A stretch of 64,000 nucleotides of DNA from Halarcobacter sp. (GCA_048571215.1 CP182352.1:1824001-1888000), one strand, 5' to 3'; positions 39,833 to 50,742 are shown, counted from the first letter of the stretch. A program made the numbers and translations. The notes: generated from the letters alone by a model not told the origin.

Positions 39833-41416
39833 CTAGAAAAAATTTCTAAGTGTAATAAACGTTATTGCTGAAAGTATTCCCGCAGCAGGTAATGTAATAA
39901 CCCAAGCCATGGCAATAGGCTTCATAAGATTCCAGTTCGTATTGTGATTTACTAAACCAACACCCAAAACTGCACCAATTAGAATATGTGTACTTGAAAC
40001 AGGTAAACCCATAACTGAAGCTAACATAACCACACCAGCTGCTGCTAACTCAGCAGAAAATCCAGATGCAGGGTGCATTTTAGTTAAATTATGTCCAACT
40101 GTTTGAATAACCTCTTTACCTATAAACCATAATCCAACAATTAAAGCAATACCAAAAGTAAGCATAGCAATAGTAGGAACTGCAGCACTAGAACCAATTT
40201 GTCCAGTTCTTAAAATATCTAAAATTGCAGCAAAAGGTCCAATTGCATTTGCAATATCATTTGAACCATGACTAAATGCAAATCCTGATGCTGTAAATAC
40301 TTGCATCCAACTAAACATTAAAAAAGTAGATTTATCTAAGTCTTTACCCTTTAAAGTCTTAGCAAAAATTGCAGTTGCTAACCAAATAAGAGCTCCAAAC
40401 ATTCCTATGATAAGATAATTATCTAATGATGACAAGCCAAGATTCATATGTTTTAAACCTTTAAATAGCAACATACCAGTAATCAGCATACCACCAATAG
40501 CAGCGAACATTGGAACATAGGTTTCAAGTGCTTTTGTAGCATGAACATTTTCTTGCGTTTTTTCTATTTCATAAATTCTTCTATAATAATCTGATTCTAA
40601 ATCATCTGGTTCAAAATCATTATCTTTTATGGTATGTGCATCCCTTGCCATAGAATTTGTATAAGATAACTGTTGAAGTTCTGATAATCTTTCGAATGCT
40701 TTTTTATGTTCTTTTTTAAGCTCTTTTTTCTCTTTTTTTATGTTTTTTAATTTATCTGCACTTTGATCATTATAAATCAAAACATATTTTTTGATTTGAT
40801 AATATAAAGTATAAGAAACTAAACCACCAAGAACTGGGGATAAAACCCATGAAAAAGCAATTGTCCCAATTTTATTCCACTTAACTAATGCAAAGCCAGT
40901 ATCAGCTCCACCAATCAAAAATCCAAGAGCAATGGAACTACCAACAATACCACCAATAATTGAATGTGTTGTTGATACAGGCCAACCTTTTTTTGTAGCA
41001 ATTAGTAACCAAATTGCTGCAGATAAAAGAGCTGACATCATAATATAGACAAACTGCATAGGTTCCACAGAGATTTGAGATAAATCAACTATACCTTTAC
41101 GAATAGTTTTAGTAACTTCACCACCTGCAATAACTGCACCACTTACTTCAAAAATAGCAGCAACAATTAAAGCTTGTTTTATAGTAAGTGTACCCGCACC
41201 AACACTTGTACCAAAAGAGTTAGCAACATCATTACCACCAATATTAAATGCCATAAATACACCAAAAAGTGTAGCTAATACAAATAAAAGCGTATGATTA
41301 CCATTTGTATATCCAGCACCCCAATACAAAAAATATCCTACAACAGCTATAAAACCAATAAAAAAAACTATACTTAATTTTATATCACTTGTAGACTCAC
41401 TTGTAGACAAAGCCAT
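39833..41416 (-). CDS. PiT family inorganic phosphate transporter
   Basis: [11 protein letters not shown] and [12 protein letters not shown] signatures; PVSTTH and PVSSTH. Confidence 0.93.
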   Translation of the reverse strand: MALSTSESTSDIKLSIVFFIGFIAVVGYFLYWGAGYTNGNHTLLFVLATLFGVFMAFNIGGNDVANSFGTSVGAGTLTIKQALIVAAIFEVSGAVIAGGEVTKTIRKGIVDLSQISVEPMQFVYIMMSALLSAAIWLLIATKKGWPVSTTHSIIGGIVGSSIALGFLIGGADTGFALVKWNKIGTIAFSWVLSPVLGGLVSYTLYYQIKKYVLIYNDQSADKLKNIKKEKKELKKEHKKAFERLSELQQLSYTNSMARDAHTIKDNDFEPDDLESDYYRRIYEIEKTQENVHATKALETYVPMFAAIGGMLITGMLLFKGLKHMNLGLSSLDNYLIIGMFGALIWLATAIFAKTLKGKDLDKSTFLMFSWMQVFTASGFAFSHGSNDIANAIGPFAAILDILRTGQIGSSAAVPTIAMLTFGIALIVGLWFIGKEVIQTVGHNLTKMHPASGFSAELAAAGVVMLASVMGLPVSSTHILIGAVLGVGLVNHNTNWNLMKPIAMAWVITLPAAGILSAITFITLRNFF

Positions 41417-41554
41417 TAATTCTCCTTTTAAAAAATTTCAAAGAAGTTTATGACTTTTTTATTACTAAATAATTACATGAAATAATAATTCAAAAAATAA
41501 TATAAAATAAGTTGTTTTTTAAGAAGAGTAAGTTATAAAATAATATTTTAGGTT

Positions 41555-42505
41555 TTAAAAAATATTTTTATTAAAAGATTCTTTATCTTTAATAACCTCA
41601 GCAGTTGCTACAATATTTGCAATCATCTCATCATTTGTATTTGAAAACTTTTCTATAATAGTATTACAAACTTCTAAAAGCTCTTTATCTTTGTGAAGTT
41701 CTCCTAAAAGTACTGATTTATTATGAAGAGCTAAAGCTACTTGATTTACTATAATTCCCTTTGCATTTTCAAACTTTTCAACCACTTCATCATATATTTT
41801 AAGAGCTTCCTCATATTTGTCCAGTTCTTTTTGTCGTGCGGCTTTATTTACTAAAGCCTTTGCAACAAATTCTAATATAGTATCTTTTGTACTGGTTTCA
41901 AATTTTGAGATAATATAATCATAAAGTTTTATTGATTCTTTATTTTGCTGATTTTTTCCATAAATCAATGCCATATTATATGCGGCATTAATAACTTGAA
42001 GTAATACAGAATCATCTAAACTATTTTCAAAATTTTTAATAAGTTCTTTATATACTAAAATAGCATCTTTTTGCTCTTTTAATTCCCCTATACAAATAGC
42101 TTTATTCATATAAGCTTTTGCTAAAACAATCTCTAAATCTTCTGAGATATCCATTATATATTTTTCTAATAATATATTATAGGTATTTAACTCTTTTGAA
42201 AAATCACCCTTTTTTGCATAGATAAGTGCTTTATTATAATATGCATATACAAGAAATTTAAAAATTGTTTCATTATTTGTTTGTTCAAAATTTTCAATTA
42301 TTTCATCATAGGTTTCAATAACTTCATCATCTAAATTTAAATTGGTTAAAGCAGTGGCCTTACCCATAAGAGCATAAAAAACATCTAAATCACTTTGTGC
42401 AGATTGGAGTAAATAAGGCACTAAAGTTAAGGCATCATCATATTTTTTACTTGCAATTTTATTATTAAAATCATTGTAAACAATTTCAAAACTATCTAAA
42501 CTCAA
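41555..42505 (-). CDS. Tetratricopeptide repeat protein
   Basis: About six A.YNKA...E....YD.II.KF repeats; TTG start with AAGGA. Confidence 0.85.
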   Translation of the reverse strand: MSLDSFEIVYNDFNNKIASKKYDDALTLVPYLLQSAQSDLDVFYALMGKATALTNLNLDDEVIETYDEIIENFEQTNNETIFKFLVYAYYNKALIYAKKGDFSKELNTYNILLEKYIMDISEDLEIVLAKAYMNKAICIGELKEQKDAILVYKELIKNFENSLDDSVLLQVINAAYNMALIYGKNQQNKESIKLYDYIISKFETSTKDTILEFVAKALVNKAARQKELDKYEEALKIYDEVVEKFENAKGIIVNQVALALHNKSVLLGELHKDKELLEVCNTIIEKFSNTNDEMIANIVATAEVIKDKESFNKNIF

Positions 42506-42566
42506 AATAAATTTCCTTTTTTTATAAGTACTTAGTATATTCTACTAAAAAACACTTGAATTATAA

Positions 42567-43046
42567 TTAACTATTTGCAAAATCAATTAGGGGTTTCCCC
42601 TCCAATCTATACCCTACCCACTCATCTAAAGAAACTGCACCAATACTTTCATAAAACTTTCTTGAAGGTGTATTCCAATCTAAACAAGACCACTCAAATC
42701 TTCCACAATCCTCTTCTAAAGCTTTACGGGCAAGATGTTTTAACATAGCCTTTCCAGCACCTATGTTTCTTTTAGATTCTGTAACATATAAATCTTCTAA
42801 ATAAATACCATTTTTTCCAAGCCAAGTTGAGTAGTTGTAAAAATATATTGCATGACCTATAGCTTTTCCATCTTCTTCACAAATTATTGCTTTTACTGTC
42901 GAATCTTTTCCAAAAATTTTTTCCCTTGTTTCTTCAACTGTTGTTTTAACTGCATTGGGTTCTTTTTCATAAACTGCAAGTTCAATAATAAAATCATAAA
43001 TAACTTGTGAATCACTTGCAAGTGCATCTCTAACTGTTATTGACAT
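42567..43046 (-). CDS. GNAT N-acetyltransferase (SSAT-like)
   Basis: ELAVYEK, YSTWLGK.GIYLEDLYV and LDWN motifs. Confidence 0.9.
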   Translation of the reverse strand: MSITVRDALASDSQVIYDFIIELAVYEKEPNAVKTTVEETREKIFGKDSTVKAIICEEDGKAIGHAIYFYNYSTWLGKNGIYLEDLYVTESKRNIGAGKAMLKHLARKALEEDCGRFEWSCLDWNTPSRKFYESIGAVSLDEWVGYRLEGKPLIDFANS

Positions 43047-43081
43047 AAATATCCTTTAAAATAAAAGCTAATCTTACAGAT

Positions 43082-43900
43082 TTAAAATTTTATTTCCCTT
43101 AGATATTTTTCTATTATAGGAATATAATCTTTTCTACAGACCATATAAGTATCTAAGTTCAAATCCATATTTGTGATTTTCAACATATTTGAATATCCAA
43201 ACTTTTCAATAATAGGTCTTGAAAATAAAGCTACTCCATACCCTGCTTTTACACAAGCAAGTATTAATTCATAGTTTTCTAGATTTACTTTTTTATAAAT
43301 ACTTTGTTCTTTTTTACTTAAATATTCTTCTAAAAAAATACGATTTAAACATCCATTTTTATAAGCAAATATTGTTTTTTGAGCCTCTTTGTCTTTTGGT
43401 TCTACAAGTACAATATCCTCTTTAAATATATTTAATACTTCTAAATCCTTGTGATTTGGTTTTCCATTTACAAAAGCTATGTCAAGTTTATAATCAAGTA
43501 GTTGTTCTATTAGGTTTAAACTACTATCAACTATAAATTCTAGTTTCATCTCTTTGAAATCTTCATTTAATCTATCAATAAATTTTGGTAATCTAATAGT
43601 TGTATTTGATTGAGTTGAACCGATTTTTAACAACTCTTGATAATCTACATTTCTGATTTTTAAAGTTACCTCTTCAACTTTTTTTAGTATATCTATTGCA
43701 TAGGGATAGAGTTTTTCACCCTCTAAGGTTAATATAACTCCCCTATTTGTCCTGTGAAATAACTCGTAGCCTAAACTCTTTTCAAGTTGTTTAATACGCA
43801 AAGTTGCGTTTGATTGGGTATAGTTTAACTCTTTTGCCCCTAAAGATATACTTTTTGTATTTGCAACTGCAACAAATACTTTTAAAAGATTTGAATCCAT
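43082..43900 (-). CDS. LysR family transcriptional regulator
   Basis: N-terminal HTH TQSNATLRIKQLE..LG..LF.R. Confidence 0.92.
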   Translation of the reverse strand: MDSNLLKVFVAVANTKSISLGAKELNYTQSNATLRIKQLEKSLGYELFHRTNRGVILTLEGEKLYPYAIDILKKVEEVTLKIRNVDYQELLKIGSTQSNTTIRLPKFIDRLNEDFKEMKLEFIVDSSLNLIEQLLDYKLDIAFVNGKPNHKDLEVLNIFKEDIVLVEPKDKEAQKTIFAYKNGCLNRIFLEEYLSKKEQSIYKKVNLENYELILACVKAGYGVALFSRPIIEKFGYSNMLKITNMDLNLDTYMVCRKDYIPIIEKYLREIKF

Positions 43901-43910
43901 TCTTTTCCTT

Positions 43911-44654
43911 TTATAAACTTATAGTTTGAAATAGCAAAGTACAAGCTATAAAAAACAATAATACTTTTAATATCTTTACATAAAATTTTGTATCAATTCT
44001 TTTTTTGATTTTGATACCTAAAAACATCCCTAGCAAGACCACTATAACACTTATCATTGAGATATTAAAATCCTCACTTACAAAAGTTCCATAATACAAA
44101 AACACAGATAATTGTCCCATTTTTGTAAATAAAAAACATAAATTTGAAAGCTGAACAGTATCTTTTCTAGAGTATTTTAATTCTAAAGTGTACATAATCA
44201 TAAGTGGAGCAACTATATTTGTAAGCCCCGATAACATACCACCAAATATCCCTAAACCATAAGTTGAACCCTTAGGATATTTTGAAACAAAAGTTGCCTC
44301 AATTTTTACAAAAGATTGTAAAAGATAAACAAAAATAATCAAAGCTAACAAGAGTTTAAAAAATTCTGAATTTGTAAAAATCAATAATACAGTACCAATG
44401 ACACTACCTATTACCATTAGTAGAATAATAAACCAAAACTTTTTTAAAGCCTCAAAAAACTTCCCCTCACTTGAAATACTAATAATATTTACCACCATAG
44501 TTGGTAAAAGCATATATAAAATAGTTGTTTGCATATCAGTAAACAAGGCAACCAAGGGTGTAGAGATCATCCCAAAACCAAAACCAATACTTCCATGTAC
44601 AACAGAAGACCAAAAAACTATTAAAACTAAAACAATGATAAATGTCATTTCCAT
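43911..44654 (-). CDS. TauE/SafE family sulfite exporter
   Basis: GSIGFGFG motif, about eight TMs; ATG 44654 has AAGGA RBS (track start 44696). Confidence 0.85.
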   Translation of the reverse strand: MEMTFIIVLVLIVFWSSVVHGSIGFGFGMISTPLVALFTDMQTTILYMLLPTMVVNIISISSEGKFFEALKKFWFIILLMVIGSVIGTVLLIFTNSEFFKLLLALIIFVYLLQSFVKIEATFVSKYPKGSTYGLGIFGGMLSGLTNIVAPLMIMYTLELKYSRKDTVQLSNLCFLFTKMGQLSVFLYYGTFVSEDFNISMISVIVVLLGMFLGIKIKKRIDTKFYVKILKVLLFFIACTLLFQTISL

Positions 44655-44756
44655 ATGAGCATCCTTAATATTACATATAATGATTTGTAATACCAAAAGA
44701 TATTACTAAGTATTATATCAAAAAAGGATAAGAAAAAAATAAAAAAAGAGAAATAA

Positions 44757-45422
44757 TCAGTTTTTTAAAAGTTTAAAATACTCTTCTCTAGGAATCTCTT
44801 TTGCCCCTAAACTTGCCAAGTGCTCATTGTAGACTTGACAATCAATAAGCTTGATACCATTTTCTTTAGCTTGCTGACACAGATGATAAAAAGCCACCTT
44901 TGAAGCATCACGCTCTTTTGCAAACATGCTTTCTCCACAAAAAACATCCCCAATAAGTAAACCATAAAGACCACCTACAAGCTTATCATATAAATAACAC
45001 TCAATAGAAAAGGCTAAGCCTAAATCAAAAAGATTACTATAAGCATAAATAAACTCTTGACTTATCCAAGTCTCATCCTCATGTTTTCTTTTAATATTTG
45101 CACAAGAACGGATAACATCACCAAAGCATTCATTTGATTTGACCACATACCCTTTATTTTTTATGACCCTTTTTAAACTCTTTGAAACCTTCATCTCATC
45201 AGGATATAAAACCATACGCTTTTTAGGACTAAACCAATGTATATAGTTGTACTCATCAATAAACCAAGGGAAAATACCATTTTCGTAAGCATTTATAAGC
45301 CTTTGGGGATGAAAATCACCACCAACCGCTACCAAGTCATCATCCATCATATCAAGTGTAGGGAAATCAAAGTTTTCATCATCTAGCAAATATATTTTAT
45401 GTTTTTCATCTAATAACTTCAT
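44757..45422 (-). CDS. aat: Leucyl/phenylalanyl-tRNA--protein transferase
   Basis: GIFPWF, TWI, LVGGLYG, GESMF, DASK and IDCQ..HL.SLGA motifs. Confidence 0.95.
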   Translation of the reverse strand: MKLLDEKHKIYLLDDENFDFPTLDMMDDDLVAVGGDFHPQRLINAYENGIFPWFIDEYNYIHWFSPKKRMVLYPDEMKVSKSLKRVIKNKGYVVKSNECFGDVIRSCANIKRKHEDETWISQEFIYAYSNLFDLGLAFSIECYLYDKLVGGLYGLLIGDVFCGESMFAKERDASKVAFYHLCQQAKENGIKLIDCQVYNEHLASLGAKEIPREEYFKLLKN

Positions 45423-45500
45423 AAATGAATATTATCGAATTTCACTAAAAAGTATCATCAATCCAAATAAACTTAGATACAATTATAAAAAAGGAAATTT

Positions 45501-45848
45501 TTGAAAAAAACTTTTAAACTTCAAGTTGAAAATAAAAACCAAGATAGAATAGTAGAATCTATAAAAAATGAGATAAGAAAATATATAAAAAGAGAACAAA
45601 GAAAACCCCTACCAGCAGACAAAAACTACTGGTTTTTTGACTGTAAATTTGCAAAAAATGAACAAACACCAAGAGAAATACCCTTTGCAGATATCATAAG
45701 ATATGTAAATGAAGCAGTAGATGAAAAATGTGAAACATTTTATTTAGAGATAATTTCAAAAGCTGAAAAAAGAGTTGAAAAAGTTGATGAAAATAAAATA
45801 GAAGAAATAATTGAATCAAGTAATGAGGAAGAAGTAAAAGAAGATTAG
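45501..45848 (+). CDS. Conserved hypothetical protein (DUF6172-like)
   Basis: MKKTF, IK.EIRKYIKRE.RK.LP and W.FDCKF motifs; TTG start with AAGGA. Confidence 0.75.
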   Translation: MKKTFKLQVENKNQDRIVESIKNEIRKYIKREQRKPLPADKNYWFFDCKFAKNEQTPREIPFADIIRYVNEAVDEKCETFYLEIISKAEKRVEKVDENKIEEIIESSNEEEVKED

Positions 45849-45857
45849 TCTTCTTTT
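45836..45857 (+). terminator. Terminator hairpin
   Basis: AAAAGAAGA-TTAG-TCTTCTTTT spanning the stop codon. Confidence 0.6.
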
Positions 45858-45871
45858 AACTTTATAATCCA

Positions 45872-46024
45872 TTACCAAATAATCTCTTTTAATTTAGGCA
45901 AATAAACTCAAGCTTTTGTTTGGGTATTAGCAAAATGAGAAACAAATACCTCAAGAATTTCAAAACTATCTTGTAAAAATTATTGTTTTTAAATCTTATT
46001 TTTTTCTAATAATTCTTTTTCCAT
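45872..46024 (-). pseudogene. Possible decayed minimal nucleotidyltransferase (MNT-HEPN TA) remnant
   Basis: MEKELLEKNKI*KQ*FLQDSFEILEVFVSHFANTQTKA*VYLPKLKEIIW*; TGtTATAAT 7 nt upstream of the ATG. Confidence 0.35.
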
Positions 46025-46117
46025 AATAAGTATTATAACAGAATCACAATATCTTTAAAAATATTATTTTTATTACAGAATAGGTATAATCATCTATAAA
46101 TAAATTATGGAGTTAAT

Positions 46118-48616
46118 ATGACTGAAATAAAAAATACTAAATTATATAAAGAATTAAAAAGACTAAATAAAGAATTTGCAAATGATGTACTTAAAAATTC
46201 TAATTCCATAATAGAACTTATAAATAAAAAAACAACTATTAATTTTCCAAACTATACCAATCATGACATAAGACATTCAATAAAAATCATGGAAACTATT
46301 TATGAATTAATAAAAGATAAGAATAAACAATTTTCATCTATAGAATATGCACTAATGATATATTCTGCAATGTTTCATGATATTGGAATGGCAGTATCAG
46401 ATGAAGAAATAACTAATATAAAAAATGACAATTCAAAATATCTTTATGATCAAAGCTTTCAACTTATAAAAGAAAGTTTTAATAACAATGAAGAATTATC
46501 TATTCAAGAAGTTGTCAGAAATGCTCATGGGAAAATAGCTAATGATCTAATAAACACAAAATATAAAGAGCTTTTTAAATTACCTCAAAGTAGTACATAC
46601 TTTGCAGAAGATTTGGGAATGATATGTCAAGCTCATACAGAAGACAAAAACTATTTAAACAATATATCAATACACAAAACTAAAGGTTATGATGAATATA
46701 ATCCAAGATTTATTGCAATACTGCTTAGAGTTGCAGATATTTTAGATATAGATGATAGCAGAACTCCAATAGAACTATATAATACAATTGATTTGAGTGA
46801 ATTTAGTGATAGTGAATGGCAAAAAAATTTTGTAATTGAAAACAAAAGAAAGATTTTTAGTAGAAATAAATTAAAAGAGATTAGACTAGAAGGAACTTGC
46901 GAAGATATAAAAGTACATAGGAAACTATTAAACTACATAAAATGGATTGAAAATGAACTATCTATCGTAGTTAATGAAACTGCAAATATGAAAGAACAGT
47001 ATCACATACAAATCAATACACAAGTTCAAAATAAAATTGAATCAAAAGGTTATTCAATACCAGATTTAAAACTAAATATGGATTATCATGCTGTAACAAA
47101 TCTTTTAATGGGTGAAGCAATTTACGGAAGTAAAGATTTAGGACTTAGAGAATTATTGCAAAACTCAATTGATGCAATCATGGTAAAAAAAGATAAATTA
47201 GAAAGGGAAAACCATCCATTAAAAAACAATTATGAACCAACAATAAATATAAATATTGATGAAGAAAATAATAAAGTCATTATCAAAGATAATGGAATGG
47301 GAATGAATGAGCATATTATTAAAAACTACTTTTTAAATGTAGGTAAATCTTATTATAAATCAAAAGACTTTTTAAACTATAATCATAACTATAACCCTAT
47401 TGGTAATTTTGGTATAGGTTTTCTATCATGTTTTATGTTATCAGATGAAGTTCAAGTTATAACAAAACATTTTAATAGTAATAAAAAATATATTATTGAT
47501 TTAGAAAAAGATAGCGAGTATATTGCTTTTAAAGAAGAAGAGGATAATAGTAGTGAATCAGGGACTGAAATTACTTTAAGTTTGAAAACAATAAAAGAAA
47601 TATTTCCTAAACTTGACACTTTATTAAAAAATAACATAAAAGAATTCATAAAAAAATATATTAATATTGAGAATTTTATAATTAATATTGATGGAAATAA
47701 ACTTATTCAAGAGAAAGAAGCGTATAGGACAACAGAATATATAGATTTATCAAACGTATTTAAAAATATTAAAGGTTTTATTCAATTTAATATTAAACCT
47801 AAATATAATAAAATTATTGACTTAATAGATAATAGTTATGAATCATACTACTTTGATGCAAATGGTACTTTTATTAAGATAAATCAAATTAATGAATTAA
47901 ATTTAAATTATTTATTTAGAAATAATTCAATTGATTATTGTAAAATACCTTTGCTTGATAAAATAAAAAATAAAAATATTCTTTCTATTATTGAACATAC
48001 TGATGAACATAATTTAGAAAATGAATTAAATATTGAACCTTATATATGTATCTTTACAAATATTAAATTTGACTATGCAGTATATAATACATTTAATGGA
48101 AATTTTATAAGAACTAACGAAAATGATTTTTATTACAATTTTGAATTACAAAATTTTGATGGAACATATACTTATGATTTTTTAAAGAAAAAAATCAAAG
48201 CATTAAAACTTTATAAAACTCCTATTGCCTTTGTGAAAGAAATTCCATTAATTTTTAATGAAAATCAAGAAATCTTATTTTTAAAAGAACAAAAAATAAG
48301 TAGTAGTTATTTTATAGAAAAACAATGGAATATATATTTAAAAAATATAAGAATTGAAGAACGATTTAAATTCTATACAACTAAAAACATTGAAATCATA
48401 AATTTTGAAATTAATCTATATAATGATAACCTACAATCTGATATAAAAAGAAAAGAATTAGTAAAATCCTCAAAAGAACTTTTAGAAGATGCATTGTTTA
48501 AAACAATTAATCAATATGTACTTGAAAAAACAAATTTGGAAAATTATGAAAAAAAAATATTATTAAAGTTTTTAAAAAAGATGGGGAAAAAAGAAAATAT
48601 TCTTTTACTAAATTAA
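46118..48616 (+). CDS. HD-domain (HD-CE-like) fused to Hsp90-type GHKL ATPase, probable defence protein
   Basis: YTNHDIRHS, FHDIGM, CQAH and LRVADILD; IYG...LRELLQNSIDA, DNGMGM, IGNFGIGFLSCF and GTEI. Confidence 0.85.
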   Translation: MTEIKNTKLYKELKRLNKEFANDVLKNSNSIIELINKKTTINFPNYTNHDIRHSIKIMETIYELIKDKNKQFSSIEYALMIYSAMFHDIGMAVSDEEITNIKNDNSKYLYDQSFQLIKESFNNNEELSIQEVVRNAHGKIANDLINTKYKELFKLPQSSTYFAEDLGMICQAHTEDKNYLNNISIHKTKGYDEYNPRFIAILLRVADILDIDDSRTPIELYNTIDLSEFSDSEWQKNFVIENKRKIFSRNKLKEIRLEGTCEDIKVHRKLLNYIKWIENELSIVVNETANMKEQYHIQINTQVQNKIESKGYSIPDLKLNMDYHAVTNLLMGEAIYGSKDLGLRELLQNSIDAIMVKKDKLERENHPLKNNYEPTININIDEENNKVIIKDNGMGMNEHIIKNYFLNVGKSYYKSKDFLNYNHNYNPIGNFGIGFLSCFMLSDEVQVITKHFNSNKKYIIDLEKDSEYIAFKEEEDNSSESGTEITLSLKTIKEIFPKLDTLLKNNIKEFIKKYINIENFIINIDGNKLIQEKEAYRTTEYIDLSNVFKNIKGFIQFNIKPKYNKIIDLIDNSYESYYFDANGTFIKINQINELNLNYLFRNNSIDYCKIPLLDKIKNKNILSIIEHTDEHNLENELNIEPYICIFTNIKFDYAVYNTFNGNFIRTNENDFYYNFELQNFDGTYTYDFLKKKIKALKLYKTPIAFVKEIPLIFNENQEILFLKEQKISSSYFIEKQWNIYLKNIRIEERFKFYTTKNIEIINFEINLYNDNLQSDIKRKELVKSSKELLEDALFKTINQYVLEKTNLENYEKKILLKFLKKMGKKENILLLN

Positions 48617-48626
48617 TTCTATCTTT

Positions 48627-48747
48627 AAAAGAGCTAGTTGTATGAAGATTCAAGGCAGAAAAAGTTTTTAGCGATTGAGCATACTAAAGTATGTGATTGA
48701 GCTAAAAACTTTTTCTAACGCAGAAGATTTATGTAAATAGCTCTTTT
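48627..48747. repeat. 121-bp ERIC/IRU-like palindromic element
   Basis: 10-bp terminal IR AAAAGAGCTA/TAGCTCTTTT; 16-bp inner stem 48657-48672/48701-48716; core GAGCATACTAAAGTATGTGA; CAAGGC and AACGCAGA blocks. Confidence 0.75.
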
Positions 48748-50660
48748 TAAAGAGCTTTTGCAGTAATTCTATTTAGTCTCTGTGCAAACGCCACTGCATC
48801 AGTAATTTCCATACCCTCACTTAGTTTCGCTTGATCTAATAGTACCCATGATACATCTGAAATCATATCATCATCTGCACAACCGTTTAGTTTAGTAACT
48901 ATTGCATGGTCTGGGTTTATCTCTAAGATTGGAGCAGATGCTGGCATCTCTTGTCCCATTGCTCTCATCATTTGCATCATTTGTTGCATTTGTGCATCAC
49001 CTGCATCTTTTACAACGCACGATGGAGATTCTGATAATCTATTTGTAACTCTTACATCAGTTACAGCTTCACCTAAAATATCTTTGATTTTTTTAGTGAT
49101 ATCTTCAAATTTTTCTTCAACTTCTTTTTTCTCTTCTTCTGTTTGTTCAACTTTTGGAGCTTCACAAGATGTGATATCTTTAAATTCCCACTCTTGGTAT
49201 GCACCATACATTGGAGTGATGATTTCATCAATCTCTTTATCATCTAAGATAAGAACTTCTATATCATTTTTCTTATAAGCTTCTAGAAGTGGAGAGTTTC
49301 TTAGAACATTTTCATTTTCACCTACGATGTAGTAGATTGCTTTTTGCTCAGAATCTGCTGCTTCTTTATAAGCTGATAGAGAAGTCATTTTTCCATTTTC
49401 TGTTTTTGAAGATTTGAATCTTATTAGTTCTAAAATAGCTTCTTTATTTGTGAAGTCTTGATATGCACCCTCTTTTAGTGGTCTATTGTATTGCTCAATA
49501 AATTTTGCATATTTTTCTTCATCTTTAGACATTTTTTTAATTTCTGCAAGAATCTTTTTAACAGAACCTTGTTTGATATTTGCCATAACTCTGTTTTCTT
49601 GTAAGATCTCTCTTGATACATTTAATGGTAAATCTTCACTATCAATAATACCTCTTACAAATCTAAGGTAAGTTGGTAAAAGCTCTTTTTCATCATCTGT
49701 GATAAATACTCTTTTAACATATAGTTTAACACCTGGTTGATAATCAGCTCTATACATATCCATTGGAGCAGTTGATGGAATATAAAATAGTGTTGTATAT
49801 TCATTTACCCCTTCAGCTTTTGTGTGAATTGTTGCCATTGGGTCTTGTGAATCATGAGAGATAGATTTATAAAAATCATTATAATCTTCTGCTTTTAAGC
49901 TTGATTTTGGTTGCATCCATAAAGCAGTTGCTTCATTGATTTTTTCATGTCTTTTTTCAACTGTTTTTTTAGCTTCTTTTCCAGCTTTTTCATCCTCTTC
50001 ACTTAAAGTTTCAGTTACTTCTTCACTATAGTTTAAGAAAATTGGATATGCAATATGATTAGAGTATTTTCCAACAATTGTTTTGATTCTTTCTTTTACT
50101 GCAAACTCTTCTGCCTCTTCATCTTTTAATTTGATGTAAATAACAGTTCCTGTTGACTCTTTTGTACAAGAACCTAAATCAAATTCACCTGTACCATCAC
50201 TTGACCATTTGTATGCTGTTTCTTCACCTGCTTTTCTAGAAATAACATCTACATGTGAAGCTACCATAAATACAGAATAAAAACCAACACCAAATTGACC
50301 AATAAGATTTGAGTCTTTTTTTGCATCTCCTGTCATTGCTTCGATAAAAGATTTTGTACCTGATTTTGCAATAGTACCAATAGAAGCGATTAAATCCTCT
50401 TCATTCATACCAATACCATTATCTACAATTGTTAAAGATTTATCTTTTTCATCAAAAGAGATATTAATCTCACCTGTCCAATCTTCTGGAAGTGAAGCCT
50501 TAATTTTTTCATCTGTTAGTTTTAAATAATTTAATTTATCAATCGCATCACTTGCATTTGATACAAGTTCTCTTATAAAAATCTCTTTATTTGAGTATAA
50601 AGAGTGTGTCATTAAATGTAAAAGTTGTCCAACTTCTGTTTGAAACTGATGTTTTGCCAT
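48747..50660 (-). CDS. htpG: Molecular chaperone HtpG (Hsp90)
   Basis: FQTEV..LL.LM.HSLYSNKEIFIRELVSNASDA, IGQFGVGFYS and DLPLNVSRE motifs. Confidence 0.98.
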   Translation of the reverse strand: MAKHQFQTEVGQLLHLMTHSLYSNKEIFIRELVSNASDAIDKLNYLKLTDEKIKASLPEDWTGEINISFDEKDKSLTIVDNGIGMNEEDLIASIGTIAKSGTKSFIEAMTGDAKKDSNLIGQFGVGFYSVFMVASHVDVISRKAGEETAYKWSSDGTGEFDLGSCTKESTGTVIYIKLKDEEAEEFAVKERIKTIVGKYSNHIAYPIFLNYSEEVTETLSEEDEKAGKEAKKTVEKRHEKINEATALWMQPKSSLKAEDYNDFYKSISHDSQDPMATIHTKAEGVNEYTTLFYIPSTAPMDMYRADYQPGVKLYVKRVFITDDEKELLPTYLRFVRGIIDSEDLPLNVSREILQENRVMANIKQGSVKKILAEIKKMSKDEEKYAKFIEQYNRPLKEGAYQDFTNKEAILELIRFKSSKTENGKMTSLSAYKEAADSEQKAIYYIVGENENVLRNSPLLEAYKKNDIEVLILDDKEIDEIITPMYGAYQEWEFKDITSCEAPKVEQTEEEKKEVEEKFEDITKKIKDILGEAVTDVRVTNRLSESPSCVVKDAGDAQMQQMMQMMRAMGQEMPASAPILEINPDHAIVTKLNGCADDDMISDVSWVLLDQAKLSEGMEITDAVAFAQRLNRITAKAL

Positions 50661-50697
50661 AAATTTCTCCTATATAATTTTATATTTTGTATTTAGA

Positions 50698-50706
50698 ATT
50701 TTATCA
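50698..50706 (-). promoter_or_regulatory. Extended -10 of htpG
   Basis: TGaTAAAAT on the minus strand upstream of the AGGAG RBS. Confidence 0.55.
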
Positions 50707-50742
50707 CAACTTTATAAAAGGAAGCTAAAGTTTTGACACAAT

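Noticed and set aside
44669..44692. TATTACA-N10-TGTAATA upstream of tauE as a LysR operator
   Set aside because: Single AT-rich instance with no second copy; cannot be supported
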